A DNA stretch of 64,000 nucleotides from Candidatus Omnitrophota bacterium (GCA_020632535.1 JACKFJ010000002.1:190331-254330), one strand, 5' to 3'; counted from the stretch's first letter, positions 29,199 through 38,808 are shown. The notes: a model not told the origin generated them from the letters alone. A program made the numbers and translations.

Positions 29199-29353
29199 GA
29201 TGGAATTAATACAGCCTTGGGCTTGATGAAGGAATTGAAAATACGCCCAAAGAAGCTGTAAGTAAGAATATTTCTCAAAACGAATTGAGAATTGAAAACA
29301 AAAAAAATCAGGGTTTGCGTGTTTATTTTCACTTTTCCCATAAATTTTGAAAG

Positions 29354-29382
29354 ATTGTTGCTACGAAAATTTGCCTTGTCAA
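29354..29382 (-). promoter_or_regulatory. Candidate sigma70-like promoter for the giant gene
   Basis: On the minus strand, TTGACA (29382-29377) is followed by a 17-nt spacer and AACAAT (29359-29354). It lies about 220 nt upstream of ATG 29136. Confidence 0.25.
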
Positions 29383-29730
29383 CGTATTACGAGTATATCA
29401 TTTATATAATATAGCGCAAGTTCATGGCAAAAATATTTTATACTGTATCTTGTTGTTATCCAAATTGTTATGCGCGAATTAGAACTTTTTTTGATATTTT
29501 ATAAAAAATATTTTCAAAAACCATTTTTTTCACCAAAATTATCGTAAAAAATACACTATTTTTAAGCACAAAACATCTCAATAGATACACAAAAATACCA
29601 CATATAATTTGCGCACTTTTTTATCAATTAAAAAAATTTCCATGTCATTAAAAGCTTTCAAACTAATCAATTAATTTTTGCAAAATTACAACATCATTTT
29701 CATAAATTTTATGCAATAATAAAAATAAAA

Positions 29731-29766
29731 ATGTCCAATCTGACAAAAATATTCAGATTGGACATT
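29731..29766 (-). terminator. Intrinsic terminator after tadC, built from the recurring motif
   Basis: ATGTCCAATCTGA (29731-29743) and TCAGATTGGACAT (29754-29766) form a 13-bp perfect stem with a 10-nt loop. The stem begins 25 nt after the tadC stop. On the minus strand it is followed by TTTTTATTTTTATTATT. Confidence 0.7.
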
Positions 29767-29791
29767 AAAAGAACAGTATTGTGCCTAAAAA

Positions 29792-30682
29792 TTACTTTTT
29801 AACGCCGCCGCTTGCCATGCTTTGCATCGGATTCGTTTCAATAAACTGTAAGAAAATTGGACCAGCCACCAAAACACCGACAACAGGAAAAATGAAAAGC
29901 AAAAGAGGAACCAACAGTTTTATTGGAGCCTTCATGGCTAACTGTTCACCGCGGCGAAAACGCGCAAGACGCATATCTTCCGAAAGACGATTTAATGCTT
30001 CGGAAACCGACGTCCCCATCTTATCAGCCTGAATCAGGGTCCGAGAAAAACTAGCCATTTCCGGAATATCATATTTTTGCGCCATATCGCGCAAAGCATC
30101 ACGTCTTGTTTTACCGACATTGATTTCCTGCAAAAGAACATTAAGCTCACTGACCATGACCGATGGCGGAGACTTTTCAACAACCCATTTTAACGCCAAC
30201 ATAAAATCAAGGCCGGCATTAACGCAAAGCCCTAAAAGATCGATAGCATCAGGCATTTCCTTTGTCATAATCGCCTTCACACCCTTAATTTTTCCCTTAA
30301 GCCAATATTCCGGCGCCATATATCCAACAGCCAGCGACATCATAATCCAAAATGTCATCATGTCAGGCTTAACCATCGGGTAAGTCAAAACCAAAATTGC
30401 GACAATAAGGACTTCTTTAATAAGAAAAAACTCTTCCGGAGTAATCGGCACGTGCCCGACACTCAAATCCTTTAAAATTCTTTGACGAACAACGCCTTGG
30501 CAAAGAGGCTTATTGATCATCGCGATCCCGCGAATAATCGAAAAATTTGATTTCTTTGTTGCTTTTGGCAATTCATATCCAAAAGATTTTAAGGTCGGGC
30601 GGCTCTCCCACTCCGGCGGAAAAAATCCGAGAATAAAACTAAATCCCGCAACAAAACACAATGTTAAAATAAAATACAGCAT
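29792..30682 (-). CDS. tadC: Tad pilus inner-membrane platform protein TadC (T2SS F family)
   Basis: This is a 296-aa polytopic protein with a GspF/T2SSF-like core: MPDAIDLLGLCVNAGLDFMLALKWVV...EINVGKTRRDALRDMAQ...FSRTLIQADKMGTSVSEALNRLSEDMR...APIKLLVPLLLFIFP. It lies next to tadB. Confidence 0.8.
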   Translation of the reverse strand: MLYFILTLCFVAGFSFILGFFPPEWESRPTLKSFGYELPKATKKSNFSIIRGIAMINKPLCQGVVRQRILKDLSVGHVPITPEEFFLIKEVLIVAILVLTYPMVKPDMMTFWIMMSLAVGYMAPEYWLKGKIKGVKAIMTKEMPDAIDLLGLCVNAGLDFMLALKWVVEKSPPSVMVSELNVLLQEINVGKTRRDALRDMAQKYDIPEMASFSRTLIQADKMGTSVSEALNRLSEDMRLARFRRGEQLAMKAPIKLLVPLLLFIFPVVGVLVAGPIFLQFIETNPMQSMASGGVKK

Positions 30683-30700
30683 TTAAATGTTTTCTCCGTT

Positions 30701-31558
30701 TTAAAAATCTTTAAAAGTACTGATCTTCCAAATCATAAACCCGCCGATCACTTCCGAAATACACGCATAGATGAGCATAGCCCGTCCCGTCGGAGACTGG
30801 AACATATGATCAAAAAATCCCGGATTCGATGAATAAATCGTCACAAAAAATCCAACAGGCAAAAGCGACATGACAACACCCTGAATTTTTCCTTGCAAAG
30901 TAAGAGTATCGATTTGACCCTGAATTCTTTTTTGCTCACGGACAACATCGATAATACGTTGTAAAATAACCGGCAAATTACCACCGGTTTCGCGAGCCAA
31001 TAGAATCGCGGTAATCAATTGTTGCAATGCGGATGACGGCATACGGTTATACAAATGGTTTAATGCCTCGTCGAGCGAAACACCCATCTTATTTTCACCC
31101 AAAACCGTCGAAAATTCTTGATTAATCGGGTCGGGCATTTCATCAACCACGGCTTCCATCGCCTGAATAAGACTTAAACCGCCGCGAAAAGAGCTAGACA
31201 TAATCATTAAAGCGTCTATTAATTGATTATCAAATCTAACTTTATTTTGAGATAAAAGCATTTTGGTGTAAACGCCCGGCAACAAAAATCCAGCAACCAG
31301 ACCAATCAAAACACCAAATAGGCGCATAACCGGATCATTAAAAAGAAAATAAAAAGACCCCGCAACAACGACGGGAGCCCATACATATAGTTGTAAAATC
31401 TTTTTGATCTGTGCCCGCGGCATCATACGATCAAGGCGATTAGACAGAAGATTGGCGCGTTTCTGGCTAAAAGCAACCGACGTATTATAAGCCAGCGGAA
31501 TTACAGCAAAGCCGATTAAAGATACGGCGACAAAAATAAATACCATCAAAATTACCAT
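30701..31558 (-). CDS. tadB: Tad pilus inner-membrane platform protein TadB (T2SS F family)
   Basis: This 285-aa protein reads QLIDALMIMSSSFRGGLSLIQAMEAVVDEMPDPINQEF...GVSLDEALNHLYNRMPS...ILLARETGGNLPVILQRIIDVVREQKRIQGQIDTLTLQGKIQG. That pattern is typical of TadB/GspF-like proteins. Confidence 0.8.
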   Translation of the reverse strand: MVILMVFIFVAVSLIGFAVIPLAYNTSVAFSQKRANLLSNRLDRMMPRAQIKKILQLYVWAPVVVAGSFYFLFNDPVMRLFGVLIGLVAGFLLPGVYTKMLLSQNKVRFDNQLIDALMIMSSSFRGGLSLIQAMEAVVDEMPDPINQEFSTVLGENKMGVSLDEALNHLYNRMPSSALQQLITAILLARETGGNLPVILQRIIDVVREQKRIQGQIDTLTLQGKIQGVVMSLLPVGFFVTIYSSNPGFFDHMFQSPTGRAMLIYACISEVIGGFMIWKISTFKDF

Positions 31559-31585
31559 ACAACCCTCTTTAAAATGAATCAGATT

Positions 31586-31960
31586 TTATTGACACAAAAC
31601 ATCATTTTGACATTTGGCTTTGCAAACCTCACAACGATCATGATATTCCGGTAACGCCACGCCATCACCACGAATCAACGTGCAATCGCAATTGTTGGCT
31701 TGATAACATTTTTCATCAACCCAATGCCCACTCGCTGAATCATAAAAACAATCCAATGTCCCGCCTATTTCACCGTTAACACCAAACTCGCGCGGGTCAT
31801 ATTGTCGCCCCTGTCCAAAAGTATCCCCAACAGCTTTCCATCGTCCAGCCATACCACGCTTAATATACCCACCAAAACCAACCATAATCGCGAGAATAAG
31901 AATAATCACCGCCGTAACTTCTACCGCCGAAGATCCTTTTTTAAAATTCTTTATTTGCAT
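31586..31960 (-). CDS. Pilin-like protein with a Cys-rich C-terminal domain
   Basis: The N-terminus, KKGSSAVEVTAVIILILAIMVGFGGYIKRGMAGRWKAVGDTFGQGRQYDP, is paralogous to the Flp-type pilins at 37.2-38.8 kb. The C-terminal half has 8 Cys (CFYD...CYQANNCDC...CEVCKAKCQNDVLC). Confidence 0.6.
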   Translation of the reverse strand: MQIKNFKKGSSAVEVTAVIILILAIMVGFGGYIKRGMAGRWKAVGDTFGQGRQYDPREFGVNGEIGGTLDCFYDSASGHWVDEKCYQANNCDCTLIRGDGVALPEYHDRCEVCKAKCQNDVLCQ

Positions 31961-31966
31961 TTGCTT

Positions 31967-34900
31967 TTACCAATCGTCGCATGGGACAAATCTGATTCGA
32001 AAACCATTTGTCGCGAAATAATACTCCGCGCATGATTCACTTTGAACTCCATGCGCTAATAAATCCTGATGAACTTTGTTCCAGCAATCTGTATAGTTAT
32101 TTCCTACCAATGTAAGATTGGGAATGGCGTTTAACATAAATGCCGCTCCGATATGGCTGCGCTCATCAGTCCCCGCAAGCCACGTCTTAAGATCAGCATC
32201 GATGAAATCGGCGCAGGTTTGTCTAAGCCCCGTCGGATCAGGATCATTGATGGCACTTGGGTTTGACAGTCGAGATTGCCAAATCTGTTGACCAGAAGGA
32301 AAGATAAGACCACGCAAATCTTTATCCTGATCATAGCGAATAACACGCGCCTTGGTTCTGCCAACCAAATTATGCAATGTATAACAAACTTTTACTTTTC
32401 GACTAATAAAACCTCCACTCTTTTTTGTCGTACTAACAACTTTTGGCCAATCACCTGCGATACAATCACCTGTACAGCGTCGAGGAAGACGAACCTCAAC
32501 TTTAACCGCGTGCCAATATCCCCGCCCTGTGCCCCATCGCGGAAGACCACCGGGATTTGTTTTTACCGCGTCTTCATCCTGCCAAACATAAATCGCATGC
32601 GATGGCAAATCTCCTGAAATATTGTCCATATGTTGCATTCTGGCATCAATGAAACTTTCAGCAGGTGAATCAATGGTTTCAAACGGCGTTCCCCCGTCAA
32701 GAAACTCAGTAAGCTTATCAATCGCAGTTCTTAAAACCGCACTAACGGACACGGCCTCATTATAACGACCTTCAAGAAACTTCACACGATGTTTAAATTT
32801 CTCAACCTGAATTTGTGCTTCTGTCGCGCTTTGCTGCATAACAGTAATATAAGCCGGATCATCACAAGAGCGACCTGTCAATGTTAAAGCATCCGTTACC
32901 GCGTTAAAATACGTGGGTAACCCTAAATTACATCCCGCAAATCCTCCCGCGCAGCTGCCTGCCCAAGAACAACGACAATCATTTCTATTTGTCGCGCAAT
33001 CTAAAGTTGTAACCCCGCCGGGCATTAATGCGCCATTACACGCATTGTTAAGAGGCGTCGCGCTATTGGGTCCAGCGCACCAATTATCAATTGTGGTAAT
33101 GCTAGGACTGTCGGGAGATTGAAAGAGTGGCAAATTATACGGACTACCCGACGGCAAGGGAGGACTGTCGCAATTTGTCGAACAGGCATTGATCGTCGCT
33201 GAAGTTAAGCATGTTGACAGCGCCGCGGCGTCAGCAGCATTTCCAGCATTAAAAGCATTGGCAGGTTGACCAGATAAATATTTTGTTCCATCATAAAAAT
33301 CCGGAACCAATGAACGCGGTAAATTAGAACATGTATCAAAACTGCACGAATCATGACATCGTTGGAATTTTTCCGCATTACCTGTTGCCGAAGCAACAGG
33401 TCCGGTATACGTTCGAACATCTTGCGCATTCCACTTCAAACACGCAACAACGTCCTCAACATCACCACGAATCGTATTGTTATTGACATCAAATGTTGCT
33501 ATCTCGCCGGGCGGTGAAAATCCATTGCCAGCCGTAAAAGATGGAACACACCAAACCGCGTCAGATCCAACATGTGACGGACCATTATAAGCATTTGCCG
33601 CATTCGGCAAAAGCCATGACTGAATAGCGTCATAAAGAAATTGCAATTGCGCGCGCCAAATCCAAAGTGTACCCGGTCGCTCTAATTTTGTGAAACTCCC
33701 CGGGCAATTATCTGGGTCCGAGCACGGTGGTTCTATCCATTCGGCTACTTCCGGATACCACGTCACAAGTTCTTTTGCCAAAGCCTGCAATCCGACTCCT
33801 GTAGTGATTGTTTGTTGAAAAGTTGCTTCCATTCCAAATAAAGATGGTAATCCATAAATGATTTCGTCTATCATATCATCCGGCCAATTCGCAGGAGCCT
33901 GCGTACCAGCCTCGCCACACTGAGCATTATTTTCATTGAGAGCCAACGCACCACTCTTAGGACAATCCACATCATAACCCGGGGTGTCTTTGCAATAACG
34001 GTCGGCGCCGCGCTTCCAGCCTTTGACATATTGCGTCAAATCTGAAAGAGGAGACGGATTAAGAGAAACGGCGCATTGGTCTACTGGAACGATGAGACTA
34101 GGAGTACCTATAACATTATCCGAAACAACGGGAGGATCATTAGTTCCCCCCTTATTTGTTTTATTAACGCACCAGCCTTGAGCGATGTTATACGGAACCA
34201 AAGCTGGATCAAAAGGTAAAACCAAACGACTAATTTCGGGATAAGTGGCCATATCCGCCGGACAAGTTCTTCCCGGTTCGGCAGGCTTACGGCTATCACA
34301 CCAATGACATTCATAATCATTATATGTTTGGGATGAAAGCTGTGGTCCCCAATCTTGCATTTTATAAAGAAACGGAAAAAGCTTAGGCATAGTTGGAGGA
34401 TTTGTGCCTAAGGGCTGTACACCAACCCATAAATCAAGATTTGATGCGGCCGCAGGAAGAGTATAATAACCAACAGTATCTTTAAGAAAAAATCCTTGAT
34501 CCGCAACTCCCGTATTTAAAGTAGCTGCTCCATTAAGGGTGTCCGAGTGCCAATTGGGATTCGCGGGTGTCGTATGATAAAGATGATGTTCATCATCACG
34601 ACCAAGTTGCTCACGAAAAGACATAAAAATGTTTGTGGAGTCTTCGTAAGTTGGATCATAAACATATTGATAAACATTTCCAACCGCTCGATAAGGCGTG
34701 CGATTCGCGCATGTGGCGGGATTTCCAACCTGCGGTACCCCCGGCGTGCCATCACATTCCGGCGGCAGCGCGCCACCACCAAATGATTGACAACAATAAT
34801 CACACTCTGCTGGACGTTTAGGAAAATTTGTTAAATCGCTTGGAGAATAAAAACAAGCATGACTTGCACTGGTAAGAGGATTCTTTGTTTGAAAATCAGG

Positions 34901-35683
34901 ATAATAAACAGGATCCCACAATCCCCAATTATCTGTTCCCTTAAGAACAAGTTCATGTAAAGCAGCGAGAAAAGCTTGCACTGCCGATGTATCAGCTCCC
35001 TTAACCTCCAAAAACCTTTTGGTATTATAGAGACTAAATCGCCCAATAACGTCATTTGGAGGCTGAGTTTCATCATTGCCCGGATAACCATAAAGTCCAT
35101 CTTGGTCCAGATCGTAAAGATCCGGCATTTTCACTTGATCTGTTACTGCCGCTTGTAAACCTGCTTGAATTCCACGCTCAACAGCTTGCCCAGTTTGAGA
35201 AAGATCCTGTGCGCGTTTATTCCACATATCGCTAATGCCCGGATCAATCGAGGCCGCGATAATAAGTGCAGCGCCCTCCATAACGGCGCCAACAGTTGCC
35301 GCGGCTTGTAGGGCGGGAACCATGCTGGCAGGAGCCTGTAGAAAAGATAAAATTTCTGGAGCAAAAACTGCGACGAGAATCATAAAGATAAAAGTCAAAA
35401 ATCCAAAAAACCCGCCACCAGATGTTTTACATTTTTGTAAAGTCCGACCAAGTGTTTCAATATATTCTCTTTCACCATGACTTGCGATCATCGACGCCAT
35501 AACAGAAGCCGATGCATTCGCGGCTTTCATTGATATTGTTTTAGACTGTGCTAACATCCCCAAATTAATCGATGCCGCAAAAAGCACAAGGCCAATAGCA
35601 ATGATAACAATCATAATCACCGCGACTTGTCCCGAACAAGAACGAAGCCCCTGCAATCGCAAATTATTGATTAAACGTAACAC
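31967..35683 (-). CDS. TadG-like large pilus-associated protein (1238 aa), Cys/Pro/Asn-rich and predicted extracellular
   Basis: The N-terminus, SGQVAVIMIVIIAIGLVLFAASINLGMLAQSKTISMKAANASASVMASM, resembles the TadE/TadG N-terminal hydrophobic segment. The remainder has many Cys clusters (CDYCCQSFGGG...PECDG; CSTNCDSPP; CRCSWAGSCAGGFAGC). It sits between the pseudopilin genes and tadB. Confidence 0.6.
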   Translation of the reverse strand: MLRLINNLRLQGLRSCSGQVAVIMIVIIAIGLVLFAASINLGMLAQSKTISMKAANASASVMASMIASHGEREYIETLGRTLQKCKTSGGGFFGFLTFIFMILVAVFAPEILSFLQAPASMVPALQAAATVGAVMEGAALIIAASIDPGISDMWNKRAQDLSQTGQAVERGIQAGLQAAVTDQVKMPDLYDLDQDGLYGYPGNDETQPPNDVIGRFSLYNTKRFLEVKGADTSAVQAFLAALHELVLKGTDNWGLWDPVYYPDFQTKNPLTSASHACFYSPSDLTNFPKRPAECDYCCQSFGGGALPPECDGTPGVPQVGNPATCANRTPYRAVGNVYQYVYDPTYEDSTNIFMSFREQLGRDDEHHLYHTTPANPNWHSDTLNGAATLNTGVADQGFFLKDTVGYYTLPAAASNLDLWVGVQPLGTNPPTMPKLFPFLYKMQDWGPQLSSQTYNDYECHWCDSRKPAEPGRTCPADMATYPEISRLVLPFDPALVPYNIAQGWCVNKTNKGGTNDPPVVSDNVIGTPSLIVPVDQCAVSLNPSPLSDLTQYVKGWKRGADRYCKDTPGYDVDCPKSGALALNENNAQCGEAGTQAPANWPDDMIDEIIYGLPSLFGMEATFQQTITTGVGLQALAKELVTWYPEVAEWIEPPCSDPDNCPGSFTKLERPGTLWIWRAQLQFLYDAIQSWLLPNAANAYNGPSHVGSDAVWCVPSFTAGNGFSPPGEIATFDVNNNTIRGDVEDVVACLKWNAQDVRTYTGPVASATGNAEKFQRCHDSCSFDTCSNLPRSLVPDFYDGTKYLSGQPANAFNAGNAADAAALSTCLTSATINACSTNCDSPPLPSGSPYNLPLFQSPDSPSITTIDNWCAGPNSATPLNNACNGALMPGGVTTLDCATNRNDCRCSWAGSCAGGFAGCNLGLPTYFNAVTDALTLTGRSCDDPAYITVMQQSATEAQIQVEKFKHRVKFLEGRYNEAVSVSAVLRTAIDKLTEFLDGGTPFETIDSPAESFIDARMQHMDNISGDLPSHAIYVWQDEDAVKTNPGGLPRWGTGRGYWHAVKVEVRLPRRCTGDCIAGDWPKVVSTTKKSGGFISRKVKVCYTLHNLVGRTKARVIRYDQDKDLRGLIFPSGQQIWQSRLSNPSAINDPDPTGLRQTCADFIDADLKTWLAGTDERSHIGAAFMLNAIPNLTLVGNNYTDCWNKVHQDLLAHGVQSESCAEYYFATNGFRIRFVPCDDW

Positions 35684-35714
35684 TCAACCAAAGCCTTTCG
35701 TTAAATCCAATTTA

Positions 35715-35999
35715 TCAAAGCCGATTGACTCCAAAAATATCACTGCTAATTGTCGCCGCGTCAATCGGTGTCCCTTCATAATAAACTGGTCGAATTTGTC
35801 GATAATTATCGTCAACTTTATCTGCGGCAACCGTATTTGTCAAAGTCTGCTCATGTGCTTGTCGACGCGCTGACAAATCATTGCTGACCCAATAAAAAAC
35901 TCTAACCATACTTAGCATCAGCATGACAACAACAATAACACTGAAAGTAATTTCAATGCTGGCCTGTCCCAAATATTGTTTTGTTTTTTTTTGAATCAT
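35715..35999 (-). CDS. TadE-like pseudopilin (94 aa)
   Basis: The N-terminus reads KQYLGQASIEITFSVIVVVMLMLSMV, the TadE-like G-x-x-x-x-E plus hydrophobic-helix pattern. Operon context supports the call. Confidence 0.6.
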   Translation of the reverse strand: MIQKKTKQYLGQASIEITFSVIVVVMLMLSMVRVFYWVSNDLSARRQAHEQTLTNTVAADKVDDNYRQIRPVYYEGTPIDAATISSDIFGVNRL

Positions 36000-36011
36000 T
36001 TTCCCAAATTT

Positions 36012-37250
36012 TTATGGTGCGACCTCTGTACGAGTAAACCAGCTTCGTCCAACTTTATTATCGATACGACTGCGAACAAAAATCTGCAATGAACCAACAT
36101 CAAAACATGTTTTTGAAACATTTGTTGCTGAAAAACAATTATTACAAGCTTCGATTGAATTCGCTGTCCCTTCAGGCGTTGGCGTATTTCCGGCACAAAA
36201 ACGGCCAGTATCATTACTCAACTTCAAAACTCTTTGCGCGACATCCACATGATCATTCATATTCGTATTTCGAATATATTGGTCCGTTCGGGCATCAAAT
36301 AATTTCCCTTCTTGCACACGATACATCGTACCACTTTTTGTAAATGAATACATTTGACTTTCAGTCAAAAGACCAATTCTCGTATCGGGATTTCGACCAT
36401 CAAGTGTAAAATCAATATCCCCATCCTGTCGATCGATCACCATAGCTGTCGCCGTCCGTCCATCCGCGTCAACCGTGCTGTCTAAAACATTTTCTTCTTT
36501 AAAATCTCCATCCACATCCAAAAGCCCTTTTTCTAATTCACCGACGGCGGGAACTTCCTTCCATTGCCACATAAAACCAAACGTATCCGCATCTGCCACC
36601 GCGGTGCTAACGGTCGGCAGCGTGCCGTTAAAATTAATATCAAAGTTTCCACTTGGATCATAACCATTACTTGGTGAATTTTCCACAATCTTATGCAAAA
36701 CAACACACCCAACCCCCGGAGAAATACAATCAGGACTCCAGCAGCGCGAATCATTTGGATGCGGTTGAGTACAAAGACTCAACGTTCCTTGTTCCGTCGG
36801 AAATGTAACAGTTTTAAAATTTGAAGTAAGCAGTGAGATTCTTTGGCCATTGATCCAAACATCATAATGCGGAAGAACTGTGGTGTCGCCATAATCATCT
36901 TTATCTGTCGGATAAAATAACTGGCTTGAATAAGAACCGCTACCGCTAGCAACCAAGGGGACACGATCACGTGAACCAAATTTACTTCCAAAATCACCAG
37001 AGAGCCTGTCTTCAATAACAAGTGTTGCGCCACTGCTTCGTCCCGGTTTTTCTACTTCGGACGATTCCAAAGACTTGCTCATTGCATAGCGAGTCGCTTT
37101 TAATTGTGTATTCATAAAATTTGAAGCGCCCAATCCCTGACGAAAAATCAAGCTGATCACAAAAATCAAAATCGAACCAAAAATCGCCAGCTCAACAGCG
37201 GACTGACCGCTAGAATTTTTAGTTATAATTTTTTTTGTTAAAATAATCAT
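36012..37250 (-). CDS. TadE/TadF-like pseudopilin with a large C-terminal domain (412 aa)
   Basis: The N-terminus reads NSSGQSAVELAIFGSILIFVISLIF (TadE-like). It is followed by about 370 aa of unrecognised sequence. Confidence 0.6.
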   Translation of the reverse strand: MIILTKKIITKNSSGQSAVELAIFGSILIFVISLIFRQGLGASNFMNTQLKATRYAMSKSLESSEVEKPGRSSGATLVIEDRLSGDFGSKFGSRDRVPLVASGSGSYSSQLFYPTDKDDYGDTTVLPHYDVWINGQRISLLTSNFKTVTFPTEQGTLSLCTQPHPNDSRCWSPDCISPGVGCVVLHKIVENSPSNGYDPSGNFDINFNGTLPTVSTAVADADTFGFMWQWKEVPAVGELEKGLLDVDGDFKEENVLDSTVDADGRTATAMVIDRQDGDIDFTLDGRNPDTRIGLLTESQMYSFTKSGTMYRVQEGKLFDARTDQYIRNTNMNDHVDVAQRVLKLSNDTGRFCAGNTPTPEGTANSIEACNNCFSATNVSKTCFDVGSLQIFVRSRIDNKVGRSWFTRTEVAP

Positions 37251-37258
37251 TATGAATT

Positions 37259-37576
37259 TTATTGCGCATCTACACGACTTGTTCCGGTTTTGGTTTCTGT
37301 CATAAATGAAGTGTCATTTCGAAGAGTTTCTGTCCCGCCAGTTGCGTTTTGAGTCGTAATGGACGTCACCGTATTGCCGACAACTCTTTGAGTAATATCT
37401 ACGGTCGTCTGCAATGGGTCATATTGTTCTCCCACGCCGTCGACGGAAGAGCGTAAACGTCCCTGAACTCCGCGCTTCATATAATTTTGCATCGCCAACA
37501 AAGCCCCAATGACAATGATTACCAACATTGAATACTCGAGCGCGGACTGTCCTTTTTTCCCAAGAATTCTTAACAT
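37259..37576 (-). CDS. Flp-type pilin paralog 7 (105 aa from ATG 37576)
   Basis: The protein starts MLRILGKKGQSALEYSMLVIIVIGALLAMQNYMKRGVQGRL. This is the Flp motif: a basic leader, G, then xxxxEY and a hydrophobic helix. GAGG lies 6 nt before ATG 37576. The track start at 37591 is a TTG immediately after the upstream stop. Confidence 0.7.
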   Translation of the reverse strand: MLRILGKKGQSALEYSMLVIIVIGALLAMQNYMKRGVQGRLRSSVDGVGEQYDPLQTTVDITQRVVGNTVTSITTQNATGGTETLRNDTSFMTETKTGTSRVDAQ

Positions 37577-37591
37577 ATTAACCTCGATCAA

Positions 37592-37936
37592 TTAATTTTT
37601 GCTGACACCTAAACTCGCTTCTGTTTTTATATCAGTAGATGTGCTGTCATTATAACCTGTAAAAACACTATGTGTAGTCCCAGTTAACCATTCTTTTTTT
37701 GTTTGTTGCCGATCAAAATTTGATTTTACATCCGATTTGATAAGGCCTCCTCCATCACCACCAACTTGCTCCGCATTTTGCTGTGTCCCAAGCTCATCAG
37801 AAACAACCTTGACCATGCCTTGTGTTCCCCGTTTAATCATCGGTGTGACTGCTAATAAAATCGCGATCGTTATTCCGATCAAAAGCGTGTATTCAACAAT
37901 GGTCTGGCCTTGCTTCTTATATAAAAATTTTTTCAT
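37592..37936 (-). CDS. Flp-type pilin paralog 6 (114 aa)
   Basis: MKKFLYKKQGQTIVEYTLLIGITIAILLAV... carries the Flp G-xxxx-EY motif. Confidence 0.7.
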   Translation of the reverse strand: MKKFLYKKQGQTIVEYTLLIGITIAILLAVTPMIKRGTQGMVKVVSDELGTQQNAEQVGGDGGGLIKSDVKSNFDRQQTKKEWLTGTTHSVFTGYNDSTSTDIKTEASLGVSKN

Positions 37937-37945
37937 AACTGACCC

Positions 37946-38323
37946 TTACTCTGCTTGTCCCGGAGGAGCGGTAATCGAAGTCCCTGATGTTGTTATCACA
38001 GATGATATTCCAGTTTGGTATTTTCCTTCATGTCCGGGCCACGACGTGTATTCTTCATTTGTCACACTATACTCATCTCTATCCGTTGTTGTGCGAGAAT
38101 AATATGGTTCATATTCGACGGGCAAAACCGCGTTCGGGTGAGTTTCGCTGTAAACGCTGTTAACTTGTGTCCAAGCATAATTACGCGCCCCATGAATGCG
38201 AGCCTGAACGCCACGCTTAACATAAGTTGACATCCCGACGACGCCGGCTACAACAAGAAAAAAAACAACCGCATACTCAACGGACGCGCCTTGGCCGTTT
38301 TTATTTTTTATCATTCTTAACAT
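37946..38323 (-). CDS. Flp-type pilin paralog 5 (125 aa)
   Basis: MLRMIKNKNGQGASVEYAVVFFLVVAGVVGM... carries the Flp motif. Confidence 0.7.
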   Translation of the reverse strand: MLRMIKNKNGQGASVEYAVVFFLVVAGVVGMSTYVKRGVQARIHGARNYAWTQVNSVYSETHPNAVLPVEYEPYYSRTTTDRDEYSVTNEEYTSWPGHEGKYQTGISSVITTSGTSITAPPGQAE

Positions 38324-38349
38324 GTCAATAGCCCACCTTCGAAAAAAAA

Positions 38350-38412
38350 CATGGCTTACTTAGAAACTTTATTGATACCGCTTTTGGCGGGCAAGCTCCC
38401 AAATAAGCCATG
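38350..38412 (-). terminator. Terminator or attenuator-like structure between pilin paralogs 4 and 5
   Basis: CATGGCTTA (38350-38358) pairs with TAAGCCATG (38404-38412), giving a 9-bp stem around a 45-nt loop. The loop holds an inner CCGC/GCGG hairpin. On the minus strand the stem is followed directly by T8 (38342-38349). Confidence 0.45.
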
Positions 38413-38443
38413 CTTAATGTCATCATATTAAGTCAGATACTTT

Positions 38444-38767
38444 TTATTTACCCCAATATTCTTGCGTGAGGTTAATCATATTCTGACTTCTGTTTGTCGT
38501 TGTCATTTCCGGAGCACGGAATCTTGTCAAGCTGGTTCCTTGACTCATCGTTTCCGTAGTATTACTGGTAACTTTTACCGTTTTGCTGACATTGGTATTG
38601 CCTTGTGAATATTGATCACCAATATCATCAGCCGCACTACGTAAACGGCCTTGCAAACCTCTCTTAATATAAACCTGAATTGAGAGAAGAGCGCCAATGA
38701 CGATAATGACCAAAACGGCATATTCGAGGGTGCTCTGCCCTTTCATTTTTCTTAAGAACTTAAACAT
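38444..38767 (-). CDS. Flp-type pilin paralog 4 (107 aa)
   Basis: MFKFLRKMKGQSTLEYAVLVIIVIGALLSIQVYIKRGLQGRL... carries the Flp motif. AGGAGG lies upstream. Confidence 0.75.
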   Translation of the reverse strand: MFKFLRKMKGQSTLEYAVLVIIVIGALLSIQVYIKRGLQGRLRSAADDIGDQYSQGNTNVSKTVKVTSNTTETMSQGTSLTRFRAPEMTTTNRSQNMINLTQEYWGK

Positions 38768-38808
38768 TGAATATACCTCCTGTTATATAAGTGTCCCAAT
38801 AAGGATCT

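Noticed and set aside
29138-29341. A 67-aa minus-strand ORF in the leader region of the giant gene
   Set aside because: It has no SD and a low-complexity, Phe/Ile-rich translation, and it lies in an AT-rich non-coding-looking leader. It is probably spurious, though a leader peptide cannot be excluded.
29138-29457. The LexA/SOS-box-like sequence TTATACTGTAT, occurring twice (29138-29148 and 29447-29457)
   Set aside because: Only the CTGT half-site is present. There is no ACAG half at the required 8-nt spacing in either copy.
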